Of a stretch of 64,000 nt of DNA, positions 63,570 to 64,000 are shown one piece after another. Location: contig MU053881.1 of the NCBI GenBank assembly GCA_013239625.1, forward strand, positions 3,288,001-3,352,000. Direction: 5' to 3'. Position 1 is the stretch's first letter. Each line of letters starts with the position of its first letter. The position numbers and the translations under genes are program-made. The notes below the pieces were generated by a model that ran no database searches, had not been told where the DNA came from, and saw only the letters and a list, made by a program, of their open reading frames with translations. The stretch is from Lama guanicoe (Eukaryota).

Positions 63570-64000
63570 CTCGTCTCCCTGCTTTCCTTCTTGTCTCCTA
63601 AAGTCTAGTTTCCACAGTCAGTAAGAGGAATCTAAACACCTTGTCATTCCTCAATTCTTAAAACCCTCTGATGGCTTCCCGATGCACCTATATTTACATT
63701 CAAGATTTCTGTCTCGGCCTCTGAGGATACCCCTACCCTCTGCAACCTCACCTGTTATGACTCTTGTTTGCTCAGCCCTTCTGGCCTTCTTTCTATCCCC
63801 CAGGCACGCCAGAATTATTCCTCTCCTGGTGACCTTGCACCTGCTGTTCCTTTAGGGTGAAACATGCTTCCTCCAGGCTGGCATCTCCCCCAAGAATCTA
63901 CCCCAAGGCTGGCATCTTCTCAGCATTTGGGTTCACCCCCGAGTTACTATTCCCTTCCTGGGCCCTCCCCTCTCCTTCCTGCCCAGCCAATGCCAGCCCA

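Overview
Mammalian genomic DNA, most likely camelid, judged from several vic-1-like tRNA-derived SINEs and artiodactyl-type L1 3' ends. The only protein-coding gene I can support is DRD1 (dopamine receptor D1): an intronless 446-aa CDS at 20753-22093 (+), with a CpG-island promoter (~18900-20300), a 96-nt 5'UTR intron (20159-20254) and an AU-rich 3'UTR with several AATAAA signals. The rest is intergenic DNA dense in interspersed repeats (L1, L2, MIR, MaLR/ERV LTRs, Tigger1, hAT elements), with one 317-N assembly gap. I see no evidence for a novel multi-gene system. The most interesting observations are: a 23-bp minisatellite built from CTCF core motifs ~19 kb upstream of DRD1; a MER41-like LTR retaining a GAS/STAT site ~3.6 kb upstream of the CpG island; a uORF cluster with a TGATG stop/start overlap in the DRD1 leader; a fold-back plus 42-bp triplication scar inside an L1; a twin-primed L1; and a 217-bp local duplication. 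Repeat family names come from recalled consensus sequences, not a database search, and repeat boundaries are approximate unless TSDs are quoted.
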